From an uncultured Clostridia bacterium (GTDB lineage: Bacteria > Bacillota > Clostridia > TANB77 > CAG-508): DNA of 60,497 nucleotides. A program made the position numbers and the translations under genes. Location: assembly GCA_947624185.1 (NCBI GenBank), contig CANQJG010000001.1, forward strand, positions 1 through 60,497, in the 5' to 3' direction. The notes under the pieces are model-generated. The model did no database searches, was not told the DNA's origin, and saw only the letters and a list, made by a program, of their open reading frames with translations. Positions 44,010 through 55,001 of the stretch are shown here, in pieces (the first letter of the stretch is position 1; each line of letters starts with the position of its first letter).

Positions 44010-47000
44010 CTAACTCCTTTCTATAAAATTATACATTTTGTTTATAATGTGTTTTTTTATTTCATATATTGCTATACCTAATATTGCTAATATTCCTAAT
44101 GTAATTCCTGTAAATGATGCTATTTCTTTACCTGTTGCCATTCCTATTACTACATCTGCTGATGATTTGTCATCTACTACATCTTGGGTATTTCCAGAAT
44201 TTGCATCAGTATCTTCTAATCCATATTCATTATAAGACATTGCTATTTCTGCTGTATTTCTAACTGTACCTGTATTTTCTCCTGTCATCTTTCTGCTTAA
44301 TACTAAATTAACAACTACAGTTTCACCTGGATTAATTAATGTATTTGCTAAGCTTGTATTATAAGCATTTCCGTCTTGTCCTAAATACCATGAACTGTTT
44401 AATTCTGAGCTGAATGTCATTCCTTCAGGAATATAATCTACAATTGATTTTGCATATCCTGAAACTTGACCTTTATTTTCTATACTAATCTTATATTCGA
44501 TTAGAACTGTTGCAAACTCTGCATTAGCTGTTGCTAATTCAACTTTTGCTACTGATAAATCATTTTGATTATAAACTTTTGTCTCTGCCTTAGTGTTTGT
44601 TACAGTTATTCTTGTTATTGTTTTGTTAATGTCTAAATCGAATATTCTATTTTTTACAAGTCCTAAATCTATATTGTATATATTTGCATTGTCTATAACG
44701 ATTGTATCTGTAGTAGCTACTTCTTTCTCATTCATCTTTGTTGTTACGAAGTCTGAATTTTCTGAATCTGATATATTAGCTACTTTATATGATGTTACAC
44801 CATAATTTAAACCGTCTATTTCAACAACAACTATGTAGCTTCCTGGATTTACATTTACAAAAATGTATGTTCCTGATGAATTTGTTGTTGTTACTAATTC
44901 TTTTCCGTCAACATCTTTTGCTACATTTCCAGTTTGCTTGTCATATAGTCTAACTGTTAATCCTGATATTCTTTCTTCTGCTTGTTCTTTTCTACCGTCT
45001 ATATTAGCATCTAACCAAGCTGTTCCGCTGACTTTATATGTTCCTTCTTTTGTTACAACATCATCTATATCTTCATTTCCGCTTCCTGGCTTTCCACTTG
45101 GCTCTGTACTTGAACCTGCTGAATTTTCTGATGTTCCAACAATTTTATGTGTTAATGTATTAGTATTTATAGTATTTTCTCCATACGTTACAGTTGCTAC
45201 ATTTTGTATGTCTTCAACTCTTCCTTTTTGTAACATATATGGGCTTGTTATTATTGTCAATCTTGCTGTTTGAGATGCTTCTATATCTAATGATACTAAT
45301 ATGTCTGATGCACCTATATCTTTTTGTTTTGTTCCATTAGCATCTTGAACTTCATAACTTAATACACCTAATGCTGAAGCAATAGTATCTTTTACTGTTA
45401 CTCTTATTTTTTCACTACTATTATTTTTAACATCTATGTAATATTCTAAATCATCATTATCTCCCATGTTTCCTTCAGGGATGTTGCTTGATAATGAAGC
45501 TGTTACAAAGTTTTGTGCTGTTTTATATGAAACTGTATTTATTTTTGATTCTCCTTCAATTCCTTCACATGTAACACTTCCTGTTATGCTTATTTGCTCG
45601 TCATTTTTTGAATTTACAACTTCAAGATTTATTACAAAACCGTTTGTTGCGCCAGATTTTAATGTACCACCTTTATAAGTTAATGTATGACTTGCTTCAT
45701 CATAGCTGTATTCTGTATTTTCATTATTTAATACATTTACTAATTTGAATTGACTAGGTATACTAACCTTAGCTGTTACATTATTTTTAGCTTCATAGTT
45801 TGCATTTCTGATTTCTACGCTATATTTTACTGTATCTCCTACACTAATTACTTTATTAGTCTTATTAGATGTAGCTAAAGTTTCTATATCTCCTTTAACA
45901 ACACGTACTGTTATTTGTGATGTAACATTTTCTTCTAGTTTATCTGCTGTAACTGTTGCCATAATTTTTTGTTCTGTTGCTTCATTTTCTGCTCCAGTAA
46001 CTATTTGTACTATGGCTAAAGTATATTCTACTGTTTTTGTTTCACCAATGTTAAGTACATCTATTGTAAAACTTAATGTTTTAGTATTGTAATCGTTAGT
46101 ATATTTTGGAACATCTGTCATACTACGAGTTTCATTTACTGGAACTATTCCAGTTGGTAAATTAATATTTACCTTTACATTATTTGCTACATCTTTTCCA
46201 TCATTTTTTACATTTAATCTGTATTTAATAATTTTTCCTTCTTTAACTTGACCATTGTTTTGTATTTGAGTTCCTGTTGTAAATTCAGTAACAATTGGTT
46301 CTAATTTAATTTCAGGTATTTCTCCAGTAGTTAATCCTACTGCCTTAGCTAATACAACGTTTTGTGATTGACCTTGTTCTGCATTGTTGTTGTAATATAC
46401 TGCATAAGTAGATTTAGCTGTATTGCCATATTGTAAGTTTTCAGGAACTTTTATACTATAATCAAATGTCATTGATGAAATTTGTTCTACTGGTCCATTT
46501 GCAATTATTTTATATGCTTTTGAATTTTCATTATAAGCATTTGTCCATGAACTTCCGTCAACTGTTTCATTTGCATTTTCACTATATAATACATTTGCTT
46601 CTAATCCATTTACATTAACTGCACTATTTAATTTTGTATCGAAGTTTGAACCTAAATCATTTTCATTTGCATCTTTGTTCCCTCTAGTTGGTAATGTTCC
46701 TAAAATTGTAACTCCTGTTGCTTCATGACCTAAGTTATTAACAATTGTTCCACTAATTGTTACATTTTTCTCTGTATCATTAGCTTGTATTTTAGAGATT
46801 TTTTCTTCTCCTTCTTGAGCTGTTACCTTTTCTCCATTTACTTCTAATGAGTTAGTTGTAACAAATCCTGTTGGAGCAACTATTCCTATATTTTCTTGTA
46901 CTTGATTAATTTCTCCTGTTGCTTCATTTGAATAATCTAAAGTAATTGTTCCTTCTGTTGTTGGTGCTAGATTATCCAATGTTATATCTGTAACTAATCT

Positions 47001-48791
47001 TATTACTGTTCCATTAGCTGTTGCTTGTGAACTGTATTTTGTTTGTGTTCCGTCTAAAGTAAATGAAATAACATTTCCATTTACTTTTAAGTTATTTAGA
47101 ACTAATTCATCTTCATATATAAGGTTAGCTTCTTTTATATTTATTTCTTTTACTTCTTTAGGTAATGTAATGTTTAATTTAGCATTTGTATATAATGCAT
47201 TGCTTATCTTCTTTGTGTCTAGTGTAGTTGTTAAAATTACATCTTCATTTTTAACAACTGTTGATAAATTATCTACGTTTATATCTATTTGTGCAGTTGA
47301 TGTTGGTTCTGCTAATTTTGCAGATTTTGCAATCTTCTTTGAACTATTTACATTTCCTTCTTTGTATCCTTCAACTACTGCATTAGTTGTTAATTCAGTA
47401 AAGCTTGCTATCTCTTCTCTAGAGAAAGATCTGTTTGAGTTGATTACCTTTGAAATAATTACTTCTAAATCCCCTTCTTTTTCTACTTTACTTGTTTCAA
47501 TAGATATAAGCTTTTGATTTACTTCTAATTCAAGATTATCTTTTGATAAAGTTCCTAATTCTGTTCCGTCTTCAGCTATAACTTTGATAGTTCCATTTTC
47601 TCCAAGAATTTCGGTTAAATTGTCTTTATCAATTCTAACTTTTTTATCTGTTATAGAATTACTTGCAATTTTGCCATTAAACATTGGATCGCTTTCTTGC
47701 ATTTTTATTGTATCTAAAACATCTTTAAAACCAACATTTGCTCTTAATCTAACTTCAAAACCGGTTTCATAATTGTTTTGTTCATTTTTTAAGTTTGTAT
47801 ACATATACCCTTTGTTTATCTCATCTGTTCCAAAGGCTTCTATTTCAACAAATTCTCCGATTTTTTCATTTAATTCAAAAGCATTATTTATAGTTGTTTC
47901 AACTGCATTACCTTTTACTTGTGCCTTAACTGATACATTTGATTCAATTGATGTTTTCTCAGCTTGAACATCATAAATATATGTGATCATATATTCATCT
48001 TGAGAATCCCATTTTATTTTTCCTTCTGAGTCAGGTTTATTTTCTTTCTTTATTGTAACTTTTCCGTTCTCATAAGAATATGTAATTCCTGTTCCTATTA
48101 CTATAACATTGCTTGGTTGTTTATTTTCTAATACTGGAACGTTAACAATAATTTCCTTGCTTTGTACAGGCATTTTATTATCTTCAATACCTTCTTTAAT
48201 CTTAAAGCTTATCATTGTTTTATTTTCATCAAACTTAATATACCTAACTAAATTTTGTTCAGCTAATTCTTTTAATTCAGCATTCCACTCTAGGTGTTCT
48301 GTTAATGTTTTCTTTATTTTTCTCTCTTTTCCGTTTTCATTAACATAGATTGCATTAAGAGTAACCGTGCTGTCTCTACCTAGTATGTCTTCTGAAACTC
48401 TAGCTTCCTTTCCAAGCTTGATTGGTAATGAAACATTTAGCATTTTTCCTGTGTTAACTTCATCAAGTTCAATAACATTTCCGTTTATTGACTTTACGTT
48501 TAGTTCTCCGTTATCAATAATTTCAAAGTTATTGTTCTCTAATGTAACTGTTGAATTTTTTAAATAACCTGTTCCTGAAACCTTAATATTTAATACTAAG
48601 TTTCCTTGTTCTGCAACATCTAATAATGCATTATAATCATTATTAATAGTTGCATTAAATTCAACATTTTCTTCTGATGTTTTGGTATCTTGCGCTGTAC
48701 TTGTAGCATAAGAAACTACTGGCATAAAATTTACGCTAGCTAGCATTGCTACAACTATTACTGCAATTAATTTGTTTAAAAGCTTTTGCAT
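44010..48791 (-). CDS. A-type giant DUF11-repeat surface protein, paralog 2 (1593 aa), C-terminal TM anchor
   Basis: Signal peptide ...NFMPVVSYA. DUF11-like units (GKIIKYRLNVKNDGKDVANNVKVNINLP; GDTVKYSVEIRNANYEAKNNVTAKVSIP). SdrD-B-like VSGTAWLDANIDGRKEQAEERISGLTVRLYD. Ends VVIGMATGKEIASFTGITLGILAILGIAIYEIKKH. The stop is 2 nt before the B2 ATG. Confidence 0.85.
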   Translation of the reverse strand: MQKLLNKLIAVIVVAMLASVNFMPVVSYATSTAQDTKTSEENVEFNATINNDYNALLDVAEQGNLVLNIKVSGTGYLKNSTVTLENNNFEIIDNGELNVKSINGNVIELDEVNTGKMLNVSLPIKLGKEARVSEDILGRDSTVTLNAIYVNENGKERKIKKTLTEHLEWNAELKELAEQNLVRYIKFDENKTMISFKIKEGIEDNKMPVQSKEIIVNVPVLENKQPSNVIVIGTGITYSYENGKVTIKKENKPDSEGKIKWDSQDEYMITYIYDVQAEKTSIESNVSVKAQVKGNAVETTINNAFELNEKIGEFVEIEAFGTDEINKGYMYTNLKNEQNNYETGFEVRLRANVGFKDVLDTIKMQESDPMFNGKIASNSITDKKVRIDKDNLTEILGENGTIKVIAEDGTELGTLSKDNLELEVNQKLISIETSKVEKEGDLEVIISKVINSNRSFSREEIASFTELTTNAVVEGYKEGNVNSSKKIAKSAKLAEPTSTAQIDINVDNLSTVVKNEDVILTTTLDTKKISNALYTNAKLNITLPKEVKEINIKEANLIYEDELVLNNLKVNGNVISFTLDGTQTKYSSQATANGTVIRLVTDITLDNLAPTTEGTITLDYSNEATGEINQVQENIGIVAPTGFVTTNSLEVNGEKVTAQEGEEKISKIQANDTEKNVTISGTIVNNLGHEATGVTILGTLPTRGNKDANENDLGSNFDTKLNSAVNVNGLEANVLYSENANETVDGSSWTNAYNENSKAYKIIANGPVEQISSMTFDYSIKVPENLQYGNTAKSTYAVYYNNNAEQGQSQNVVLAKAVGLTTGEIPEIKLEPIVTEFTTGTQIQNNGQVKEGKIIKYRLNVKNDGKDVANNVKVNINLPTGIVPVNETRSMTDVPKYTNDYNTKTLSFTIDVLNIGETKTVEYTLAIVQIVTGAENEATEQKIMATVTADKLEENVTSQITVRVVKGDIETLATSNKTNKVISVGDTVKYSVEIRNANYEAKNNVTAKVSIPSQFKLVNVLNNENTEYSYDEASHTLTYKGGTLKSGATNGFVINLEVVNSKNDEQISITGSVTCEGIEGESKINTVSYKTAQNFVTASLSSNIPEGNMGDNDDLEYYIDVKNNSSEKIRVTVKDTIASALGVLSYEVQDANGTKQKDIGASDILVSLDIEASQTARLTIITSPYMLQKGRVEDIQNVATVTYGENTINTNTLTHKIVGTSENSAGSSTEPSGKPGSGNEDIDDVVTKEGTYKVSGTAWLDANIDGRKEQAEERISGLTVRLYDKQTGNVAKDVDGKELVTTTNSSGTYIFVNVNPGSYIVVVEIDGLNYGVTSYKVANISDSENSDFVTTKMNEKEVATTDTIVIDNANIYNIDLGLVKNRIFDLDINKTITRITVTNTKAETKVYNQNDLSVAKVELATANAEFATVLIEYKISIENKGQVSGYAKSIVDYIPEGMTFSSELNSSWYLGQDGNAYNTSLANTLINPGETVVVNLVLSRKMTGENTGTVRNTAEIAMSYNEYGLEDTDANSGNTQDVVDDKSSADVVIGMATGKEIASFTGITLGILAILGIAIYEIKKHIINKMYNFIERS

Positions 48792-48833
48792 TGTAATCCT
48801 CCTTATTAATATTTACATAATAATATACTATAT

Positions 48834-48862
48834 ATTATACAACGTTTTTGCTTTATTTTCAA
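48834..48862 (-). promoter_or_regulatory. consensus sigma-A promoter TTGAAA-17-TATAAT between B1 and A2
   Basis: Minus strand: TTGAAA (48857-48862), 17-nt spacer, TATAAT (48834-48839), about 40 nt upstream of the A2 ATG (48791). Confidence 0.5.
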
Positions 48863-48869
48863 GGTTTTT

Positions 48870-51800
48870 TTAGTATTTTTTTAATAATATCTTTTTTCTT
48901 ATCATATAAATTGAAATTCCTACTATTACCAAAGCAGTTATCGTTATTACAATTGCTCGATTTATGTTCTTATTTTCTCCAGTTGGTACCATTACTTGTG
49001 TTTTTTGTCCACTATCTGAATCTATTTCACTTGGAGTAATCCATGTGGTTGATCCGTCTTCTGTTTTATCTTTTGATTGATATGCCATTGCTTGATTTCC
49101 TGCTTTTGATAATTGCATTCTACGTCCTAAAGTATTTGTTGTTTCTAATATTTCTATTAAGTTATTATATGTTAAGTTTTTCTCTTGAGTAGTATTAGTT
49201 AATAATGTAGATAATGTCAAATATAGTTCTCTTCTTGACCTTGAATATGGCTCTACACTATCGACTGCTCTTGGAACTAATGAACCATTTAATTTCTTTG
49301 TTGTGATTAATATATTATAAGTATTTAAATTATCTTCATATATATCATTTACTAGGTTATCATCTTCTGTTGAAGTTGATCCTAACAATTTAGTAACTGT
49401 AACTAATCCCCAATCATCTGATTCGTTTTGATAGTTTGGTTCGTAGTTTATTTCATTAGTTACATAGTCTATAACATTTACTGCTCCTGTTTTTGACATG
49501 TTTCCAACTGTTGCACTGTTTGTTTTACCGGTGTAATAGAATTGCTTATCGTTATAATCTACTTCTCCTATATTATCTACTGTAATTTTATAGATCAATC
49601 TAATTGTTGCACCACTCATAAGTTCTTCATCCATATAAGCAGTTACTAATTCTTCCATTCTTTCTTCTTGTTCTTTAGCTATAGCTGTTCTTAATCTATA
49701 TCTATTTCCTGTTTCATATACATTTTTATGTGTATAATGTGAACCATAAGATAGATTTGGTATAGATTGAGTCGCATCAAATAGAATTTGTCCACTAGCA
49801 AGTCTTACTTGAACATTTACAAGCTCTTTTGATAATGCAAGCTGTGCTTCTGGTCTTTCTGTAAGTCCTAAGTCTATATCTTGAACATTATAACTCAAGT
49901 CTTGTATATAATTTTTTGTTGTCTCATCATAAACTTGTGTTTTCGTTTTGTTATATTCTACTTCTGTATTTATTACACCTGTCTGAGCAACCATAGCTGT
50001 ATTTTTTATCAATTCTTCTATTGCTTTTCTTTGATACTCTGCTGCTGTTGCTTTATCATTTCTATCAAGTGCATCTTGTGCTTTTAACACTAACTGCGTT
50101 GCAGAAGCTAATACTTCAGCTCTGTGATTCTTTAATGTCTGCAATCCTGTAATAGATGAATTTGATGTACTTCCACTTGAATAAGACATTTCCTTTTCTC
50201 TATATGAATATACATCTTTTGCATCTGATACATTCTTTGCAGGTGCACTTTTTGCAATATCATAATAGTACATTGAAGCTTTGGTTTTATAATCTTTGTA
50301 ATTTTGATCATCAAAGTTTATAAATCCTGTTATTCCATTATAACTTGAATTTTGGTCAATTCCTTTTTGATATACTGTTGATTTATAGTCTTGTCCAGTA
50401 TATGATCTGCTATTTAATCCAGTTGTACCCAATATTCCATTAGCACTACCTTGGCTGACAAATTGCGATTTTTGAGTATTTGTTAATTGATTTATCAATT
50501 TTTGAACATCATTATTATTTGAATTTGTTAGTACTGTTTGACTGGTATCTCCATATTTAAATCTTATAAAGAAGTCTCCTGGTGGAAGTGATTCAAACAT
50601 ATACTCTCCTGCTCCTTCTGTCAAACTCTTTGCAGTTACTGCAAATATTCCTGGTCCTGATAATATAACTTTAGATGATTTTGTTCCACTATAATATCTT
50701 GTATCATTAATATTTGCTTTTAAATTTGTTCCATAGCTAATGCTTGACCATACATGTTCTCCTGTATAATTACCAGTAAAGAAGCCTTCTGCTGTCGTTT
50801 CTTGCACTAATTCTACTAATTCAACAGTAACACCATTGATTTTTTTATCAGCATTGTTTTGTACATCTTTATCTTTTGTATTATATTCTCCGTTTCCAAT
50901 AACTGCATTATCGGAGATATCTGTCCTTGCATCTTCAAATACATATCCACTGAAATTTCTAGGGTCCTTTTGATCAATCTTTAATTTTAAGTTTCCAGCC
51001 TTATCACAATCATCTTCTAATCTATTTTCCCATGAATTATTACTTGAGATGATATCTCCATTACTGTTTAAGTCTTTAGCCTTTAAACTTCCTGGATTTG
51101 AGTCAACATCTATAACTCCAGCTTTTGACCATGTATAGTTTCCTTCAGTTCCATTTCTATAGAATGTCTTATATCCATTTATTTCTGCAATATTTCTCTT
51201 TCCTATTGTGTCTTCAACTTGACCATTCAATAATTTACCTATATCTTGGTCAATTTTTACTTTCTGTGTAGATGTATCATTTACAACTTTAAATGTAATA
51301 TACGCATAAGTAAGTTGTCCTGGGCTTAGTCTTTCTTCTCCATTATCTTCTCTTATTCCAGTTAAAAATAGTGAAGAATAATTATATATTTCATTTATAT
51401 TACTACTATTTGCATTATATCCTGTCATAGAGCCATAGATAGATGTATAAATTGAATTTTCGCTTACATTTAAATCACCTATTTTGTTACCTTTTCTATC
51501 TCCTAAGAATGTATTGTCTTTTATTATTGTACTATTTACATCAAATGTAAAATTGCTTGAATCATAATAGTCAACTATTTCCGATACTGATGTAAATATA
51601 TTTTGTGATTGATTTTTTATTGCAATTTTATAAGTTACAAATACTTGTAAATTCTTTTGATCTTCTGTTTTTGCATTTCCGTCAGGGTGTGCGTCAGAGC
51701 CGTCATATAGATATTCCGATTTTCTTATTTCTCTTGTATATGTATTTCCACCATATTGCTCTCCAACATAATCTTTATTACTATTTCTTTTTGCAGAATC

Positions 51801-54800
51801 AGATACTTGTGGTACAGTTTGTGCAGGATATTTTGCTTCCGTTTCTTTGTATTCGTAAGTTCCTGTTCCCATATTAACATACCAGTTTCCGAACATATCA
51901 GTTTCTGATTTCTTTTTATCATATACATACTCTTGTTTCTTTCCATTTACTAATACTGTACATTTATATAAATCTTTTGTAAGAGCTAAGTCTGCATTTG
52001 TTCTTAGATACATTCCAAAATCTACATGTCTACTCATATCTTTAGATTTGTTATACAAATTTGGGTATCCCAAGGTAGAGCCATTTTGTGGGCTACTTAC
52101 ATTTTCTAATGTAAATTTCTTTTCTTCTGGATATGCTATAGTTGAAGCAGAAATCAATGTATCCATAATATAATTCCATATATTATTTACTTCTGCATCT
52201 GAAATTTTTCCTATAGCCTGTAAACGTTGTTTGAATGTTCCTGATAAATTACTATAAGTTTCATTTTTACCGTCTTTTAGACTATAATAAGAACTATTCA
52301 TTGTATTAGCATTTGTTTGAATAAAGTTATGTGAATTAGTTGCTATAGTTTTAAAGATCTGCAATGCATCATAATATCTAAATGAACCTGAGTTAGTGCC
52401 CGAATTCGTATATTTTATATAGTTTCCACTTGAATCTTCTATTTTAGAATACAAACCATACGCTTTTCGATTGCTTCCATTACTTATATAATTTCTTGGT
52501 GAACTATAAATTTCATCAAATTTATCATTGAAATTCGTTCTATTAGAAGCACTTGGCTTTCCTTCATCTGCTGTTGAATATCCACCAGTTAAATTATTAG
52601 TATATGTTGTGTCTTCAAATCTCATACCGTCATATGTAAATACTATCCTATATTGATGCATTGGATTTAGTCCTTGAAAACCATATTCACCTTGTGCATC
52701 TGTTCTTGTACATAATCTTCTAGTATTATAATATCTAGATTTGGTTGTTGCATCATATAATTCGACCTGTATTCCAGCAAGATTCAAAGAATGTTCATTT
52801 TTCTTTGATCCAAATTCCCCGAGCTTGACACTCGGTAATGATTGCCATACATTTCCGCCAATATACATATTTATATCTTTACCTGGAAGTGTAATCTTTT
52901 CTACTGCACCTTGCAAGTTTGAGAAAAATTTCCATTGTGTTTTTCGCGTTTCATCCCATTCATACCTAATTTCAATTTCTCCATCTCCATCTATATCTAG
53001 AGTATAATCTTTTTCTGTATCAATTTCACCCTCTATATATGTATCGATTTTCTTCCAGTAATGTATCTCTTGTCCTGGTTTAGTTGGATCTGGTGGTGGT
53101 GGTAGGACTGGTGGGTTTGGCTTGTCTGGCTCTGGATCAATTGGCATTGCAATGCTATCAAATTGCACTGCTGGTTGAATTTTCCCATTCTTTTCAATAA
53201 TTTGTATTTTTGAAACTTTAGCCGCAAAATATATTTTAACATCATTTTTAAGTTGAGCTAATATTGCATCTATAGCTCTATTATATGCATTATCATCATA
53301 ATGGTCTCCTGTAGGCCACCATGCTGACCAGTTAGTTCTATAAGTACTTCCGTCAGGTAAATTGTATACTGCAAGTTGCATTCTTCGTTCCGTATATCTA
53401 TCTAAATATCTACTATCTTCATTAGTTGCTTCAAAATGCTGATAGGCAGCATTTGCACTATAAAATGTTTGATTATGATTAGTACATTTCCATACTTCTC
53501 TATCTTCAGTCGGATAACCCATGCTAGGTGTTATGTTTGTATTAGGATAAAATTGATTTTTATAATAATATCCAATTTCCTGTTCTAGAATAACTTGAAT
53601 AGCCTTTTCATCATTTAATCCCCAGCTACTACAAAGTTCTTTTATTTTTTGTCTAAGAGCAAGTTCTAATGAATTTCCCCAATTTAACAATAATCCCTTT
53701 AATTCATCAAATGCATCTTGATTAGCCGATGTAGGATAACTTCTACCTTTACCTTCAGGATCATTCTCAGGCTTATTTACAACTAACCAATATCCAGAGC
53801 TAATATCTCTTTCTATCTTTAGTCCAATATGCGAAATTTCCAATGTTTTAATTACTGATTGAAATATTCCAGCATAATCCATTGTCATATTATATGTTAT
53901 GCTCGATGATCTATATACATAGGCTTTTCCTGAGAATTTTGTCATATAATTAATACGAATAACTGGTTTAATCATTTGGATTTGATCTGCATCTACTGAT
54001 GTTGTATACCTTACATAAAATTTCTTTCCAAACTCAGGGAAAACGACTCCATTTACAGCACTTATTACTGCTCCATTTTCATCAATTAATTGTATATTAC
54101 TAACATAATTCTTTTTATTATTTGTTCCATCTATTTCAGCATATACTGAACCTGTACAAAATTGATTAGCTGTTGTTTCTCCCGGGTTTCGTTTAAGTAT
54201 TTCATCATATACCAGTTTTCCCATTGATTTATTCCAACCATTAACCCCAGTATCATCACAATTGTCAAAGGTAATAGAATAAGGTCCAACAGTATATGTA
54301 CAGTTACTTTGGTCTACCATTACTTTAAGCTTAGCATCATTATCTTTAGTTGGACTACTTGGACTACATTTTAATCCCAATTTATTACCATTTAGTGCTA
54401 TATATACAAAATTAGCAAATTGATAAGATCTTCCTGCTCGATTAGATTCTGTTGAGGATATTTTATCCTTGTTTCGATCTATATCTATTAAGCAACTTTT
54501 CTCATACCCATAATCACTCCATTGATATGAAGACCATACTACCCTTTGTAATTCTTCGTTCTTTGCTCCATTTGCTCTAGCATAAGCTATACATTGTGGG
54601 ATATCTACTACATTCTTTCTTTCCCATTCTACCACTTGTTGAGCATTATCAATACCACCGTCAGGTACAAATAGTTTCTCTGTTGCGGAATATGTTAATC
54701 TTCTTGGTAATGCCCAGCCATGTCCAGCACAATATGTATCACTTCTAAATGTATACATTTCATTTGCATTAGCTCCACTAAGACTTCCACCTGTTATTTT

Positions 54801-54953
54801 TAGCTCACCTAAAGAGGCAACTATATCTTCTACGTCTTGAGATGTTTCTTTAGTTTCAGCATGATTTAAAACTTTTCCTAATTGTATTATACTTACTAGA
54901 ATAGCTGAAACTACAAATATAATCATACATCCATATTTAAGTCTTTTTTTCAT
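48870..54953 (-). CDS. B-type giant wall-anchored adhesin, paralog 1 (2027 aa): thioester-like N-terminal domain, extra ~240-aa insert with polyproline linker, SdrD-B/Cna-B-like stalk, VPTG sorting signal
   Basis: DTYCAGHG ... ELQRVVW. PIDPEPDKPNPPVLPPPPDPTKPG. GGNVWQSLPSVKLG. SGYVFEDARTDISDNAVIGNG. PPGDFFIRFKYGD. C-terminal MVPTGE (48978-48992) + helix + RKKILLKKY. Confidence 0.85.
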   Translation of the reverse strand: MKKRLKYGCMIIFVVSAILVSIIQLGKVLNHAETKETSQDVEDIVASLGELKITGGSLSGANANEMYTFRSDTYCAGHGWALPRRLTYSATEKLFVPDGGIDNAQQVVEWERKNVVDIPQCIAYARANGAKNEELQRVVWSSYQWSDYGYEKSCLIDIDRNKDKISSTESNRAGRSYQFANFVYIALNGNKLGLKCSPSSPTKDNDAKLKVMVDQSNCTYTVGPYSITFDNCDDTGVNGWNKSMGKLVYDEILKRNPGETTANQFCTGSVYAEIDGTNNKKNYVSNIQLIDENGAVISAVNGVVFPEFGKKFYVRYTTSVDADQIQMIKPVIRINYMTKFSGKAYVYRSSSITYNMTMDYAGIFQSVIKTLEISHIGLKIERDISSGYWLVVNKPENDPEGKGRSYPTSANQDAFDELKGLLLNWGNSLELALRQKIKELCSSWGLNDEKAIQVILEQEIGYYYKNQFYPNTNITPSMGYPTEDREVWKCTNHNQTFYSANAAYQHFEATNEDSRYLDRYTERRMQLAVYNLPDGSTYRTNWSAWWPTGDHYDDNAYNRAIDAILAQLKNDVKIYFAAKVSKIQIIEKNGKIQPAVQFDSIAMPIDPEPDKPNPPVLPPPPDPTKPGQEIHYWKKIDTYIEGEIDTEKDYTLDIDGDGEIEIRYEWDETRKTQWKFFSNLQGAVEKITLPGKDINMYIGGNVWQSLPSVKLGEFGSKKNEHSLNLAGIQVELYDATTKSRYYNTRRLCTRTDAQGEYGFQGLNPMHQYRIVFTYDGMRFEDTTYTNNLTGGYSTADEGKPSASNRTNFNDKFDEIYSSPRNYISNGSNRKAYGLYSKIEDSSGNYIKYTNSGTNSGSFRYYDALQIFKTIATNSHNFIQTNANTMNSSYYSLKDGKNETYSNLSGTFKQRLQAIGKISDAEVNNIWNYIMDTLISASTIAYPEEKKFTLENVSSPQNGSTLGYPNLYNKSKDMSRHVDFGMYLRTNADLALTKDLYKCTVLVNGKKQEYVYDKKKSETDMFGNWYVNMGTGTYEYKETEAKYPAQTVPQVSDSAKRNSNKDYVGEQYGGNTYTREIRKSEYLYDGSDAHPDGNAKTEDQKNLQVFVTYKIAIKNQSQNIFTSVSEIVDYYDSSNFTFDVNSTIIKDNTFLGDRKGNKIGDLNVSENSIYTSIYGSMTGYNANSSNINEIYNYSSLFLTGIREDNGEERLSPGQLTYAYITFKVVNDTSTQKVKIDQDIGKLLNGQVEDTIGKRNIAEINGYKTFYRNGTEGNYTWSKAGVIDVDSNPGSLKAKDLNSNGDIISSNNSWENRLEDDCDKAGNLKLKIDQKDPRNFSGYVFEDARTDISDNAVIGNGEYNTKDKDVQNNADKKINGVTVELVELVQETTAEGFFTGNYTGEHVWSSISYGTNLKANINDTRYYSGTKSSKVILSGPGIFAVTAKSLTEGAGEYMFESLPPGDFFIRFKYGDTSQTVLTNSNNNDVQKLINQLTNTQKSQFVSQGSANGILGTTGLNSRSYTGQDYKSTVYQKGIDQNSSYNGITGFINFDDQNYKDYKTKASMYYYDIAKSAPAKNVSDAKDVYSYREKEMSYSSGSTSNSSITGLQTLKNHRAEVLASATQLVLKAQDALDRNDKATAAEYQRKAIEELIKNTAMVAQTGVINTEVEYNKTKTQVYDETTKNYIQDLSYNVQDIDLGLTERPEAQLALSKELVNVQVRLASGQILFDATQSIPNLSYGSHYTHKNVYETGNRYRLRTAIAKEQEERMEELVTAYMDEELMSGATIRLIYKITVDNIGEVDYNDKQFYYTGKTNSATVGNMSKTGAVNVIDYVTNEINYEPNYQNESDDWGLVTVTKLLGSTSTEDDNLVNDIYEDNLNTYNILITTKKLNGSLVPRAVDSVEPYSRSRRELYLTLSTLLTNTTQEKNLTYNNLIEILETTNTLGRRMQLSKAGNQAMAYQSKDKTEDGSTTWITPSEIDSDSGQKTQVMVPTGENKNINRAIVITITALVIVGISIYMIRKKILLKKY

Positions 54954-55001
54954 TTTGGATTAATTGCCCCCTTTCTTTTGTATTTTTATTTCTTTTTATA
55001 A

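Noticed and set aside
54941-54953. Poly-A7 tract right after the ATG of B1 (and of the 2874-aa gene at 31512-31518) as a slipped-strand phase-variation switch
   Set aside because: The A7 arises from ordinary Lys-Lys codons of signal peptides in an AT-rich genome, and it is shorter than tracts usually associated with phase variation.
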